From Microthyrium microscopicum (Eukaryota), in contig MU004244.1 in the NCBI GenBank assembly GCA_010405405.1, positions 437,895-501,894 of the forward strand: DNA of 64,000 bases, given 5' to 3'. Shown in pieces: positions 24,884 through 35,075 of this stretch (within the stretch, counting starts at the first letter, position 1; each line of letters opens with the position of its first letter). The position numbers were made by a program, and so were the translations under genes. The notes under the pieces are model-generated. The model saw only the letters and a list, made by a program, of their open reading frames with translations, was not told the origin of the DNA and searched no databases.

Positions 24884-25200
24884 GTCTCTCAGCTCTGCCT
24901 TTATAGGGCGAGAGCGCGATGACAATGCAGACGGAGATGACGATGGTTGTAGAGAGAAGAAAGTTGATGAAAAAATTCAAGTTGGAGGATTTGGAAGGGT
25001 GGTGGGGAAACTGAGGGAAGCTGAGGGAAGAAGATTAAGCTCCAGAAGAAGTGGGCTGAAGGCTAACTAGTAGGAATTGCCAATATGGGCAAGTGACTTG
25101 GGCGTCACTGCAACTGCCCAGAATAAGTGAACATTGAAGTGAGTTTTCAGGTTGTTGAGGCAGGAGTCCTGTACTTGGGAAGGCAGGAGTGACTTGAAGA

Positions 25201-25260
25201 GGGGAGGTGCATTGGGGAGGTGCATTGGGGAGGTGCAATGGGGAGGTGCGAGCCATGGGG
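25201..25260 (+). repeat. 13-bp G-rich tandem repeat (GGGGAGGTGCAWT) x about 4
   Basis: Directly visible; GGGG tracts at 25201, 25214, 25227, 25240 and 25257. Confidence 0.9.
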
Positions 25261-25889
25261 ATTACCTCCCACAAATGCATCTCGAACATAGTCACTGAGC
25301 CAAACCTCCATCACGTCACTACGGCGCCCATAATAGTAACTCTTTTCCTTGATAGCCGCTCCTTGAATATCAATTGCGAGCTTCATATTCACTTGCTTGA
25401 TAGGATGATTCTTTTGGGAAGGCCTTTTTCGAATGGACGTATATAGTCAGTGGCACATCTCAACGGGGAACCCTATTTATCGTGACTACATAATGTCCTG
25501 TTCTGTGCTCGTACTTTCTACTAAAGAAAGCTAAAATAAAGTCCAGTAGATTGTGGTTAGCAAAATTGGCAAGTAATCTCATGGTTGGGTGAAGTTAGAG
25601 TATAAGGCTGACGACAAGGCTGAAAAGGATCGTCAATTTCAGGGTAGCGAATAAGAGGGTCAACCATGAACGAAACACAACCATGACGACTCTTCAGCTT
25701 TTACTTATGAAAATAAATGATGTTAACATGCGATCCAATTTTTTGATAGTTCCGCCTCGACTGTAAGTACAAAAAACATTACTCAGGTACATAATTTACA
25801 AATTACATTACATAAAACAGAGCTCCAAGTGTTCTTAGACCCAAATTCCCGGGAGCGAGTAATCAACAGTCCAATTGCTTAGCATCCTA

Positions 25890-28800
25890 TCAACGCCCTT
25901 GCTGCTCGTGCCATTCTTCCAAATCATCGAGCATGCGTATCTCGCAAACATTATACCTCTCCTCGTCGTCGTGCCTCCTGCCATTCAATTCTCTTCCTCG
26001 GTTTATTGAGTCTTCAATTGCGATTTGATCGGCCGTGTGATCTTCACTTGTAATTACGCCGGCTACAAACAGTTCTGGGTCGCCAGGAATCAGGTAGGGA
26101 GTGATCTGATGTTCTCTGGCCATGCGAGCTTCTTCAGCCTCTTGTTTTGCCTTTCCAGCCTCTTGTTTAGCCTTTGCCACCTCTTTTGCCTTCTCTTCTG
26201 TCGCCGCTCCTTGTGGCTGCTTTTTCAATGCTCGTTTGGGGAGGGCGCGAACCTTTCGTTCTGCTAGTGGCGTTCCAGGTGCTGAGAAATGGCTTGTGCC
26301 AGAATCATTGTTCACCAAGGGCTGTTGTGGCACTGTCAAGGGAGGTAGTTGTGGGCGCGCGGTGGTTGAAGGATCATTAGGTCCACCTACTTCGTAGTAG
26401 TCCTCCTGTGAGTCCTCTGAAGTGTCTCCCTCAGCTATTGGCATTGGATGACTTTTGGGAGGACTTCCAGAGCTCTGCGGGCGTGTTGTCGGAACATAAA
26501 TCGGTCCCGTGGGTCGAGGAGGAACCGGGTTTGAAGCACGCCGCACGTCTGTCACAGGTCTCGCCCCATTATTACTAGAGGCTGGGGGGCCTTGGTACAT
26601 CGGGTTTCCTGTGGGTTGTTGATAGGTAGGCGGTTGGTAGGTAGGCTGCTGCGAGGATCCTCCAGCGGCCCAGCCAGAGCCCCTCGGGGTCAATGGATTT
26701 GGAAACAACCGGCTTCCTACATTTGGTTGATGACTAGATGGTTGTGCATATCCTCCAGGGTTCCAGCCAGAGGTCCTCGCGGGCAATGAGCCCAAAGCTG
26801 GTCGTCCGTATATGAAAGAGGTATCGGCAGCACGTCCGGGATTTGATAGTCCTGGAATTGAGTTTGATATATTGTTTCTGGTAGTTGATGGCGCTGCGAA
26901 TGGAGAGTTCACAGTTGGCGGTAGATTCCAGACTATTTCGATGTCGTCGATATCATCACTCGCGTTATGTGCCGGTTCCGGGCTGGGCATGAAGCGATCT
27001 TTATCCTTATCCTCATCATCAGAATATACTGCCGAGCCTGCAGTAGGTGAAAGGGGAGGACTCGGTTGGTAGGGTCTATTAGAGTCGTCATCCTCGTCTC
27101 TAGGAGGGAACACATCCTCGAACGTACCTTCAGAAGACTCGCTGTCTTCACCGCGAGTGATAGGCGGCTTTTCTTCTTGATCAGACTTAGCATCGTTTGA
27201 ATCAGATTCCTCCCATGGTGGTAGATCGTCAAATGCCTTTTTCTCATCAGAGTTATGAACGTCTTGGAGGAGGTCATCGTAAAACTGGTTTTGCTCTTCT
27301 GTCAAGGGTGGTGGTGATCGTTTGATATCTGCCGGGTTTTCTGCAGTTATATCATCTTCGAATTGAGCCCCTTGATATGTTTGCCCAGTCATTTCCGCGT
27401 CTTCAATACTACTTTTGCCCGTGTCAGGCCTAATGGAAGGCGCATTGGTCGTCGGCGGAGCAGTCATTTCCGTGTCTTCAATACTACTTTTGCCTGTGTC
27501 AGGCCTATTGGAAGGCGCATTGGTCGTCGGCGGAGCAGTCATTTCCGTGTCTTCAATACTACTTTTGCCTGTGTCAGGCCTATTGGAAGGCACATTGGTC
27601 GTCGGCGGGGCAGTCATTTCCGTGTCTTTAATACTGATGCCTGTGTTAGGCCTATTGGAAGGCACATTCTCTGTCCACGGGCTAGTCATGTCCGTGTCTA
27701 CGATACTTGTGCTTGAGCCAGGCCTATTAGAAGGCACATTGGTCGTCGGCGGAGCAGTCATTTCCGTGTCTTCAATCCTACTTTTGCTTGAGCCAGGCCT
27801 ATTGGAAGGCACATTGTTAGTCAACGGCCCAGTCATGTCCGTGTCTACAATACTTGTGCTTGAACCGGGCCTATTGGAAGGCACATTGTTAGTCAACGGG
27901 CCAGTCATGTCCGTGTCTACAATACTCGTACTCGAGCCAGGCCTTTTAGAAGACACATTGGTCGCCAACGGGGAAAGGGCGTCCATATCAACGTCTCCAT
28001 CGGAATCCCTGGCCAAGCGTGAATCTTCTTGGGTTCCAGGCACATTGGTATGTTCAGTGACATCTGCATCTCCATCGTCGTCTAATCCAGCACCAACATC
28101 CGTCATATCAATCTCCTTAATAGGCACGGAGCTTGTGAGACCACCTTTGACCATACCTGGACCAGCATCTGGCATATCAATCTCTCCAGGAAGCCTAGAG
28201 CTTGTGGCAGGCTTGATTTGTAGAGCCTTTTTCGTTGCTGTCGCAAATATGGCCCCAATTCCACTCAATGGTGGTGCACTGAGGATGGGACGAGTAGAGG
28301 TGTGAGGCGGCTCTGTATTTACAGGAAGCACAGGCCCAGTAGCTTCCGCACCTGGTCCGGGGCTGTCAGAGCCAGAATCAGAGCCAGAGTCAGATCCTCC
28401 ATCCTCGAAGTTGTCTTCATTATCATTGTTTGGATTTGACTGATGACTTTCAGAGCCGAATTTAGATCCTCCATCTTTGGAGGTGCCTTCATCATCATCC
28501 TGCGGACCATAGCCAGAACTAGATCCTTCATCCTCGGGGTTGTCAGAATCATGGCTTCCAGAGCCCGGCGGATTGAAGATCAAGGTCGGCTGTGCAGCAG
28601 GGGTTTGATGCGCAGTATCCAAATTCAGCTGAGTGAATCCGGTGAAATCAAATCCTTTGTTTTTGAAGATGCTTATACCAGCAATGCTGGTTGTTTCTGG
28701 ACCAGAAGCAGTGGAGGGGATTGTCGGTTGCGGCTCCTTCGGAGACTTGGGCACAGATTCTGGGCCTATAGAAGTGATTCCAGTAGGCTCAGGGATGGGT

Positions 28801-31220
28801 GAAGGTACAAGGTCGGTTATTTTTGTACCAGGAGCAGTAGAGGAGACTGTCGGTTGCGGCTCCCTCAGAGACTTGGGCACAAATTCTGGGCCTGGAGCAA
28901 TGATGCCGGTAGGCTCAGGGGTGGATGTCGGTACAATGGTTGTTTTTGTACTAAGAGCAGTGGGGTGATCAATCCCTTGCGGCTCCTTCGGAGACTCGGG
29001 CACATGTTCTGGGAATAGACAAGTGATACTGATAGGCTCATTGGCGGGTGCTACAATGTTGGGCGGATGTGGTTGCTGTCCATTCTCCCGAGGCATTCCT
29101 TCTTGTTCAGGCAGTGTTGGACCAGAAACTTCACCAGGCTCTGAAGATGCATTTTCAGGTTTTGTTTCCACAGTTAACCCTTGTTTGATCTGCTCATCAG
29201 AAGCTGCCTTGGTGGGTGATCTTGGTTGCGAAGTACGATTGGTATAAGATCGGCTCGTGCCTGAGCTCTCCCCTTGTACGTTTTTGGGGCGTCTATTTTC
29301 CTTCACGGAAAGTGCGGTTGCCTTTTTTAGAGCTGCCTGTTCTTCTGGACTTAAGACCTCTTTAATAGCTGCTTTATCGTCACTTTCGACTTCAGATTCC
29401 TCTTCAATCCCCTCCTCGGCTTTCTTGATTAGCTTAGATAGTTTCTGACCTTGTGGAGGATCAGCCCGCATTCGTCGGACATAACGTCTTTGTTCCAGCT
29501 CCCTCAGTTCGTTGGGAGAGAGTGGTTCGGCCCATTCCTCCGATGGTGGCCGAGTATCTGGTACCGGACGTTTTTCTTCGCTGGTGGTTTTGTATGCTTT
29601 AATGGTTTTATAGTATTCCACGAAGCGTGCTATTTCATCAAAGTCTACAGCCTCCCGGCGAGGTTTGTGGACTGGCTTTGGCTTACGCTTACGCACTTCG
29701 ACCTGGGTGGGCTCTTCGGCTTTCAAAGGTTTGGGCTCATACCTTTCAACTGGCATAGGCTTTTTGCCCTTGTCAAGTACAACCCTTCGGTCTCTGTTCT
29801 TGACAGTTCTGGTCCACCTACCGTGGCTCTCCTCAGCAGGGCGCAATTTTCTTCGAGAAGTCTTCTCACCCTCGGTATCTGGCTTGTTTGGGTTAACTGG
29901 AGATGGAGGAAGCGGAATACTAGCTGGATCTACCTCGGTATCTGGCTTGTTTGGGTTAACTGGAGATGGAGGAAGCGGAATGCTAGCTGGATCTACCTCG
30001 GATTCGTTTCTTGAGTCTGACGGCTGTGGTCGAGCGACTCGAAGAAATGCCCAACGGCACCATAGTGCGATGTACTGGAATGCTGCGATGAAATAGTGGA
30101 TGAGGGCATTGAATGAGGAAGCAGCGTATGAAGGTAATGATTTGAGACTGATTTTTGTCGAAATTGAATCTGGTTTGCCGCCATCCGAGTCCGAATCGGA
30201 GTCGCTACTACCCGCATCTGATTTTGGTGCACGACTATCACCATTCGAGTCCGAACTTGAGTTGCCATCTCCAGACATCGGCCTCAGCCTATCGAACTCG
30301 TTTCTAAGGCGAGGGTCTATAGTAGAGGTTCCATCCGGTGATGTGGGAGGAGTACGCGTATATCGAAAATCTCTATAATACAGATAGCCGGCTCTGAAGA
30401 TGGCAAATGGAACCGCGTATACAAGAAACAAGAATGCGCTCGCCAGACTTGCGACAAAATCTTCTACCCAGAAAGCTGCGATACCCGAGGCAGCCACGAG
30501 GCTTTCTACACGGTCGTATATCCACTCGTGTACCTGCCGATACAAGAGTCCTGGCATGCGGAATGCCCTCTTGCCATACTTGGGGGCAGTAGTAACAACT
30601 GGAATTGCGAAGCGGTAAACGATTCCTGGAATAAGTAATGCGCTCTTGAGATATTGTCCTAATGCGATGACCTTGCAGAGAAGGAACCACACAAAGTCGA
30701 AAAAAGCAATTAGGAAAGCTAATAGAAGTATAGTTGAAATGATGTTTCCAACAACTTGTTTTTTAGCTTTCAGAGATTTGCTGAACCATTCCGAAGATGA
30801 GCGATACAACCGCTCTATGTGACCAGGAGGCGAGGAGAACACAGCCACATCTGTGGTTTCGGTCCCACTGGGACTGGAAGGTTCTTTTGATGTGAAGTTC
30901 GTTTCAGTTCCAGTAGAGATTCCAGACTCCGTCTTATTGGAAGGTTCTTTTGATGTGTTATTCGTTCCAGCTCCAACAAAGATTCCAGACTCCGGCTCAT
31001 TGGAAGGTTTTATTGATGTGCTGTTCCTTCCAGTTCCAGTGGGGATTGAAGATTCAATGACTGGCTTTGGGGTGTACGCAATCGTCGTATGCAGAGCGAT
31101 TTGGATAGGAAGATGGACAAAATTTGTACAGTAAGGGGTCTCCTTTAGGACCTCAAGTTGACAAATTGGGAGGCTAATAAGCCATGCGGCCGCCAGTTGC
31201 CAAGCAGCGTAATGAATCAT
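25890..31220 (-). CDS. giant orphan membrane protein (1776 aa), repeat-rich and largely disordered; probable distant paralog of 20637-24883
   Basis: Uninterrupted 5.3-kb ORF from ATG 31220; signal-like N-terminus with SLPICQ..YC; N-glycosylation sequons before the first TM; 2-4 hydrophobic segments; several internal tandem repeats. Confidence 0.82.
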   Translation of the reverse strand: MIHYAAWQLAAAWLISLPICQLEVLKETPYCTNFVHLPIQIALHTTIAYTPKPVIESSIPTGTGRNSTSIKPSNEPESGIFVGAGTNNTSKEPSNKTESGISTGTETNFTSKEPSSPSGTETTDVAVFSSPPGHIERLYRSSSEWFSKSLKAKKQVVGNIISTILLLAFLIAFFDFVWFLLCKVIALGQYLKSALLIPGIVYRFAIPVVTTAPKYGKRAFRMPGLLYRQVHEWIYDRVESLVAASGIAAFWVEDFVASLASAFLFLVYAVPFAIFRAGYLYYRDFRYTRTPPTSPDGTSTIDPRLRNEFDRLRPMSGDGNSSSDSNGDSRAPKSDAGSSDSDSDSDGGKPDSISTKISLKSLPSYAASSFNALIHYFIAAFQYIALWCRWAFLRVARPQPSDSRNESEVDPASIPLPPSPVNPNKPDTEVDPASIPLPPSPVNPNKPDTEGEKTSRRKLRPAEESHGRWTRTVKNRDRRVVLDKGKKPMPVERYEPKPLKAEEPTQVEVRKRKPKPVHKPRREAVDFDEIARFVEYYKTIKAYKTTSEEKRPVPDTRPPSEEWAEPLSPNELRELEQRRYVRRMRADPPQGQKLSKLIKKAEEGIEEESEVESDDKAAIKEVLSPEEQAALKKATALSVKENRRPKNVQGESSGTSRSYTNRTSQPRSPTKAASDEQIKQGLTVETKPENASSEPGEVSGPTLPEQEGMPRENGQQPHPPNIVAPANEPISITCLFPEHVPESPKEPQGIDHPTALSTKTTIVPTSTPEPTGIIAPGPEFVPKSLREPQPTVSSTAPGTKITDLVPSPIPEPTGITSIGPESVPKSPKEPQPTIPSTASGPETTSIAGISIFKNKGFDFTGFTQLNLDTAHQTPAAQPTLIFNPPGSGSHDSDNPEDEGSSSGYGPQDDDEGTSKDGGSKFGSESHQSNPNNDNEDNFEDGGSDSGSDSGSDSPGPGAEATGPVLPVNTEPPHTSTRPILSAPPLSGIGAIFATATKKALQIKPATSSRLPGEIDMPDAGPGMVKGGLTSSVPIKEIDMTDVGAGLDDDGDADVTEHTNVPGTQEDSRLARDSDGDVDMDALSPLATNVSSKRPGSSTSIVDTDMTGPLTNNVPSNRPGSSTSIVDTDMTGPLTNNVPSNRPGSSKSRIEDTEMTAPPTTNVPSNRPGSSTSIVDTDMTSPWTENVPSNRPNTGISIKDTEMTAPPTTNVPSNRPDTGKSSIEDTEMTAPPTTNAPSNRPDTGKSSIEDTEMTAPPTTNAPSIRPDTGKSSIEDAEMTGQTYQGAQFEDDITAENPADIKRSPPPLTEEQNQFYDDLLQDVHNSDEKKAFDDLPPWEESDSNDAKSDQEEKPPITRGEDSESSEGTFEDVFPPRDEDDDSNRPYQPSPPLSPTAGSAVYSDDEDKDKDRFMPSPEPAHNASDDIDDIEIVWNLPPTVNSPFAAPSTTRNNISNSIPGLSNPGRAADTSFIYGRPALGSLPARTSGWNPGGYAQPSSHQPNVGSRLFPNPLTPRGSGWAAGGSSQQPTYQPPTYQQPTGNPMYQGPPASSNNGARPVTDVRRASNPVPPRPTGPIYVPTTRPQSSGSPPKSHPMPIAEGDTSEDSQEDYYEVGGPNDPSTTARPQLPPLTVPQQPLVNNDSGTSHFSAPGTPLAERKVRALPKRALKKQPQGAATEEKAKEVAKAKQEAGKAKQEAEEARMAREHQITPYLIPGDPELFVAGVITSEDHTADQIAIEDSINRGRELNGRRHDDEERYNVCEIRMLDDLEEWHEQQGR

Positions 31221-32255
31221 GACTGATGAATGATAACCAGAGCAGATTGAGAGGATAGCAGTGCTGTTGGATTATCAAATCAGAAGATGGTCGCAATGCT
31301 CGATGGGGGACAGGATGATGGCTTGAAGAGATGATTGTGGGAAGTGGTGTAGGCGAGTATGGGGAGTTGTGTAAATGAAACTGCTCCGGGCAGTAAGTGA
31401 GAGGGGTATCGAGACAATAGGCAAGAGCGAATGAATAGAATTTCAGGTGGTGTTTCCGCGACTGCTGTACTTGGACAGCTTCAAATTGGGCAAGAGGTCC
31501 AGCTTGCCACTAACTAATTAGACGTTTGATATCCGGCAACTTGCAAAGCCATACCTTTGTGTCTATAATATTGACAAAATAAATCATATGAAGAAACACG
31601 TTGTTCGGGAAATTTCATGGTATAAAGCTGAAAAGGTGAGAGAAAGTTATTGTATTCTTTTGTCTATAGAATCATAATGAAAAAAGAAGGACAGACAAGG
31701 CGCAGATAATTATTTTCGCTTAAGTTCAAGACAATGGTTATATAATTCCATGACATTTGGACTTTGTCTATCGGCTTCTCGCAGATACAAAGACATGAAG
31801 TTGGGCGATAAGGCTGAATGCAAGGCTGGGTCGATCGCCGAAACATGCTAGCGTCGAAGCGTGCCAGCAAGGATTGGGCCCTTGTCATCTAGATCAACCA
31901 ATCAAAATGCAGAACCTGGTCTAATTTTGGCCGTTCTTGGACCATATCGTTAAATGCATTAGATGAAATCCATGGGAAAGTATGAAGCGAAAGATGAGAT
32001 ATATACAAGATTCTCTCTGAAAGGAAATTATGCAAACATGAGTTCCTGCAGCTGTTTGCTCTGACGAACGACCAACGTGGGGGTGAACGTAATGCAGATT
32101 CCTCGGGTAGCAACGGAGCATTATTGCACCACCAGCCCACCATGTGCGACAAAGACTTTTGCCATCCTATTGATACAACCACTCCATACCCATTCGACTC
32201 TCTACAAACTTTACGAATCCTCTCATATTTCACGGAATCCGTCTGCGCCCTCATA

Positions 32256-33898
32256 ATGTCTGTCGAAACGAAGCCTGCGATACCACCGGTGGTGATGGAC
32301 TCCATCACACAACAAATTGGCAACACGCCCATGGTCCGCCTGAATAAGATCCCACAAAGCCTAGGCATCGAAGCGACAGTATACGCCAAACTCGAATACT
32401 TCAACGCTGGCGGCAGTGTCAAAGATCGAATCGCACTCCGCATGATCGAGCAAGCTGAACGAGAAGGACGCATAAAACCTGGCGATACCTTGATCGAACC
32501 AACGAGCGGAAATACTGGTATTGGTCTTGCCCTCGTCGCTGCAGTCAAAGGATACAAGACGATTATCACACTACCTGAGAAAATGTCGCCAGAGAAAGTT
32601 GCTGTTCTACGAGCACTGAATGCCGAAATTATTCGAACTCCGACAGCAGCTGCTTATGATTCGCCTGAGTCACATATTGGTGTCGCCAAACGCCTGCTTA
32701 AAGAGATTCCAAATTCACATATCCTCGATCAATATGGAAACCCGAACAATCCTCTTGCGCACGAGTACGGAACTGGAGAGGAGATCTGGGAACAAACGAA
32801 AGGCAAGGTTACGATGTTGGTGGCGGGCGCTGGTACTGGTGGAACAATCACTGGAATCGCGCGTGGACTGCGGAAACACAATAAAGAAGTCAAGATTATT
32901 GCTGCAGATCCACAGGGCAGCATACTTGCGCTGCCAGCCAGCCTGAATGACGAGCATGCCAATGAAGGATACCAAGTAGAGGGCATTGGTTATGATTTCA
33001 TTCCTGATGTGCTTGATCAGAAGCTTGTGGACAAGTGGTACAAGACCGGCGATCGAGAGTCATTTATGTATGCTCGACGATTGATTTCCGAGGAAGGTCT
33101 ACTGGTTGGAGGCAGTAGTGGAAGTGCAATGGCTGCAGCAGTGAGTGCCATCAAAGAAATGGGCATGAAAAAGGGCGATGTTGTGGTAGTGGTGCTTCCA
33201 GACAGCATACGAAGCTATCTAAGCAAGGTGAGCATCCTCTTGATCAAAAGTGACTTCAATTAACCAAATTGCAGTATATTGATGATGACTGGCTTGCAGC
33301 CAACGATCTTCTCCCTCCAACTCCAGCTGATACACCCACCGAGCCAATATCACCGACTCTCAAGGCCAAGGATCCCTTTGCTGGCGCCACAATCGCATCT
33401 CTTCGACTAAAGCCACTCACCAGCATATCAAGAGACTCGCCGTGCTCAGAAGCCATTGAGACAATGCGGGACAAAGGGTTTGACCAGCTTCCCGTTGCTG
33501 ACACAAAGCATCACCTGGTGGGGCTCGTTACACTGGGAAATCTGCTCAGTTACATAGGCTCTGGTCGAGCTGACCCAACGGATCCTGTCAACAAAGTCAT
33601 GTTCGATTTCAGACACATACCCGAAGTCGTCACAGATCCTCAAGAGATTAGCAATCTCTCGCTCCAAGTTACAGATGAAAACATCACATCGAAGATAAAG
33701 ACAGACTCAAAGGCGAAGCGGCGCAAGTTTGTGCAGATCACTCGAGACACGCCCTTGAGTGCTCTGAGTCGGTTCTTTGAGTGGAACAGCGCTGCTGTTG
33801 TGACAGAAGGGAATGGCAAGGAATTGAAAGCGATTGCGGTTGTTACGAAAGTGGACTTGCTCAGTTGGATGGTAAGAACAAAGAAGCAGCAATCATAG
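32256..33898 (+). CDS. CYS4: cystathionine beta-synthase
   Basis: [17 protein letters not shown] (PLP lysine), [22 protein letters not shown]; intron 33228-33274; C-terminal CBS domains ([19 protein letters not shown]). Confidence 0.95.
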
Positions 33899-34195
33899 AA
33901 ACCTTGATATTTGCTTGATGTTGGATGACGGATCTTTTTGGACTTCAACCCTTTTGTTATGAATAGACTTTTGCCATGCAGAATATGAAAGCTCGCTAGA
34001 TAGAGTAGAACGGCAACCCGAAATTAATCAAACAACTTCAACGCTCAAGAATTTTTGTACGGTATGATGTTCTAAACTTTGGCTACGCCCCAAGTAAACA
34101 GCTTGACAGCTCCATGAATCAACACCAACCCCATCCCCAACTCCCCTCTCACCACCCACCATCTGCAACTTCCCCCAAAAACAACAAACACAAAA

Positions 34196-34915
34196 ATGAC
34201 AACCCCATCCTCAATCCTCTCCACCCTCGACACATCCCCCATCCCCCTATCCCCCAAACAAACACACATACTGCAGCTCCTCGCCACCATCGACGAAACG
34301 CGTCTCCAATCCGCCCTCCTACGCGCCCACTCCTCAGCATCCCCTTCTACCACCAACGCCACCACACCGGTATCGCCAGAAACCCTCAAGGCCGCTGAAC
34401 GCTCCGCCCTAGAAGCCCGCGCCCTCTACACACTAACCCGCCAAATCACCACCCACACCATCACCGCCGGTCCCATCTTGAACGCCACACACGCGTCTCC
34501 TAAATCCAGTCTGGACAAGGAGCTGGCGCGCGCGGTACATGCGAGGGATGTGTTGAATTTGCTTACTAGTGCGATTGCTAGCCAAGTACGGGAGGTAGAT
34601 GCGCGGGTGCGCAGTGCGGAGCGGGATGTTAAGGCTGGGAATGAGAATAATGTGTCTCTAGCGTCACAAGTAGTGTCTAGCGCACAGGGATTGAGGAGGG
34701 TGGGTACAGAGGATGTGGAAGCTGGGCCAGTACGGAAGAGACTCGAGGAAGTTGATAAAGAGATTGCGGAGAAGAGGAGGGAATGGCGCGTACGGAAGAG
34801 TTTGGTGGCGGGGGTTGTTGTCGGTAGTGGAGTTAAGTGGGCGGAGAATGAGGCATTGGTTGAGTTGGTGTTGGACGATGAGGATGAGTTGAGGGAAGTT
34901 AGAGCGGGAGATTGA
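34196..34915 (+). CDS. centromere protein H-like (CENP-H/Fta3/Mcm16) kinetochore protein
   Basis: Coiled coil with PILNATH and C-terminal WRVRKSLVAGVVVGSGVKWAENEALVELVL, matching the CENP-H W..K...SGV.WA..L motif. Confidence 0.8.
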   Translation: MTTPSSILSTLDTSPIPLSPKQTHILQLLATIDETRLQSALLRAHSSASPSTTNATTPVSPETLKAAERSALEARALYTLTRQITTHTITAGPILNATHASPKSSLDKELARAVHARDVLNLLTSAIASQVREVDARVRSAERDVKAGNENNVSLASQVVSSAQGLRRVGTEDVEAGPVRKRLEEVDKEIAEKRREWRVRKSLVAGVVVGSGVKWAENEALVELVLDDEDELREVRAGD

Positions 34916-35075
34916 AGAGACCAAATATGAAGGATATATGTGTTCGCATTCTATGGTAGGGAAAGAAGACCTGCGCCTAAAGCTAAGGATACATGAAGGA
35001 GGAGGAAACATTCATCTTCATCATTTGACGATGCATTCGACGATACTCGATGGCAGCGCCGACACCACGAACTAT

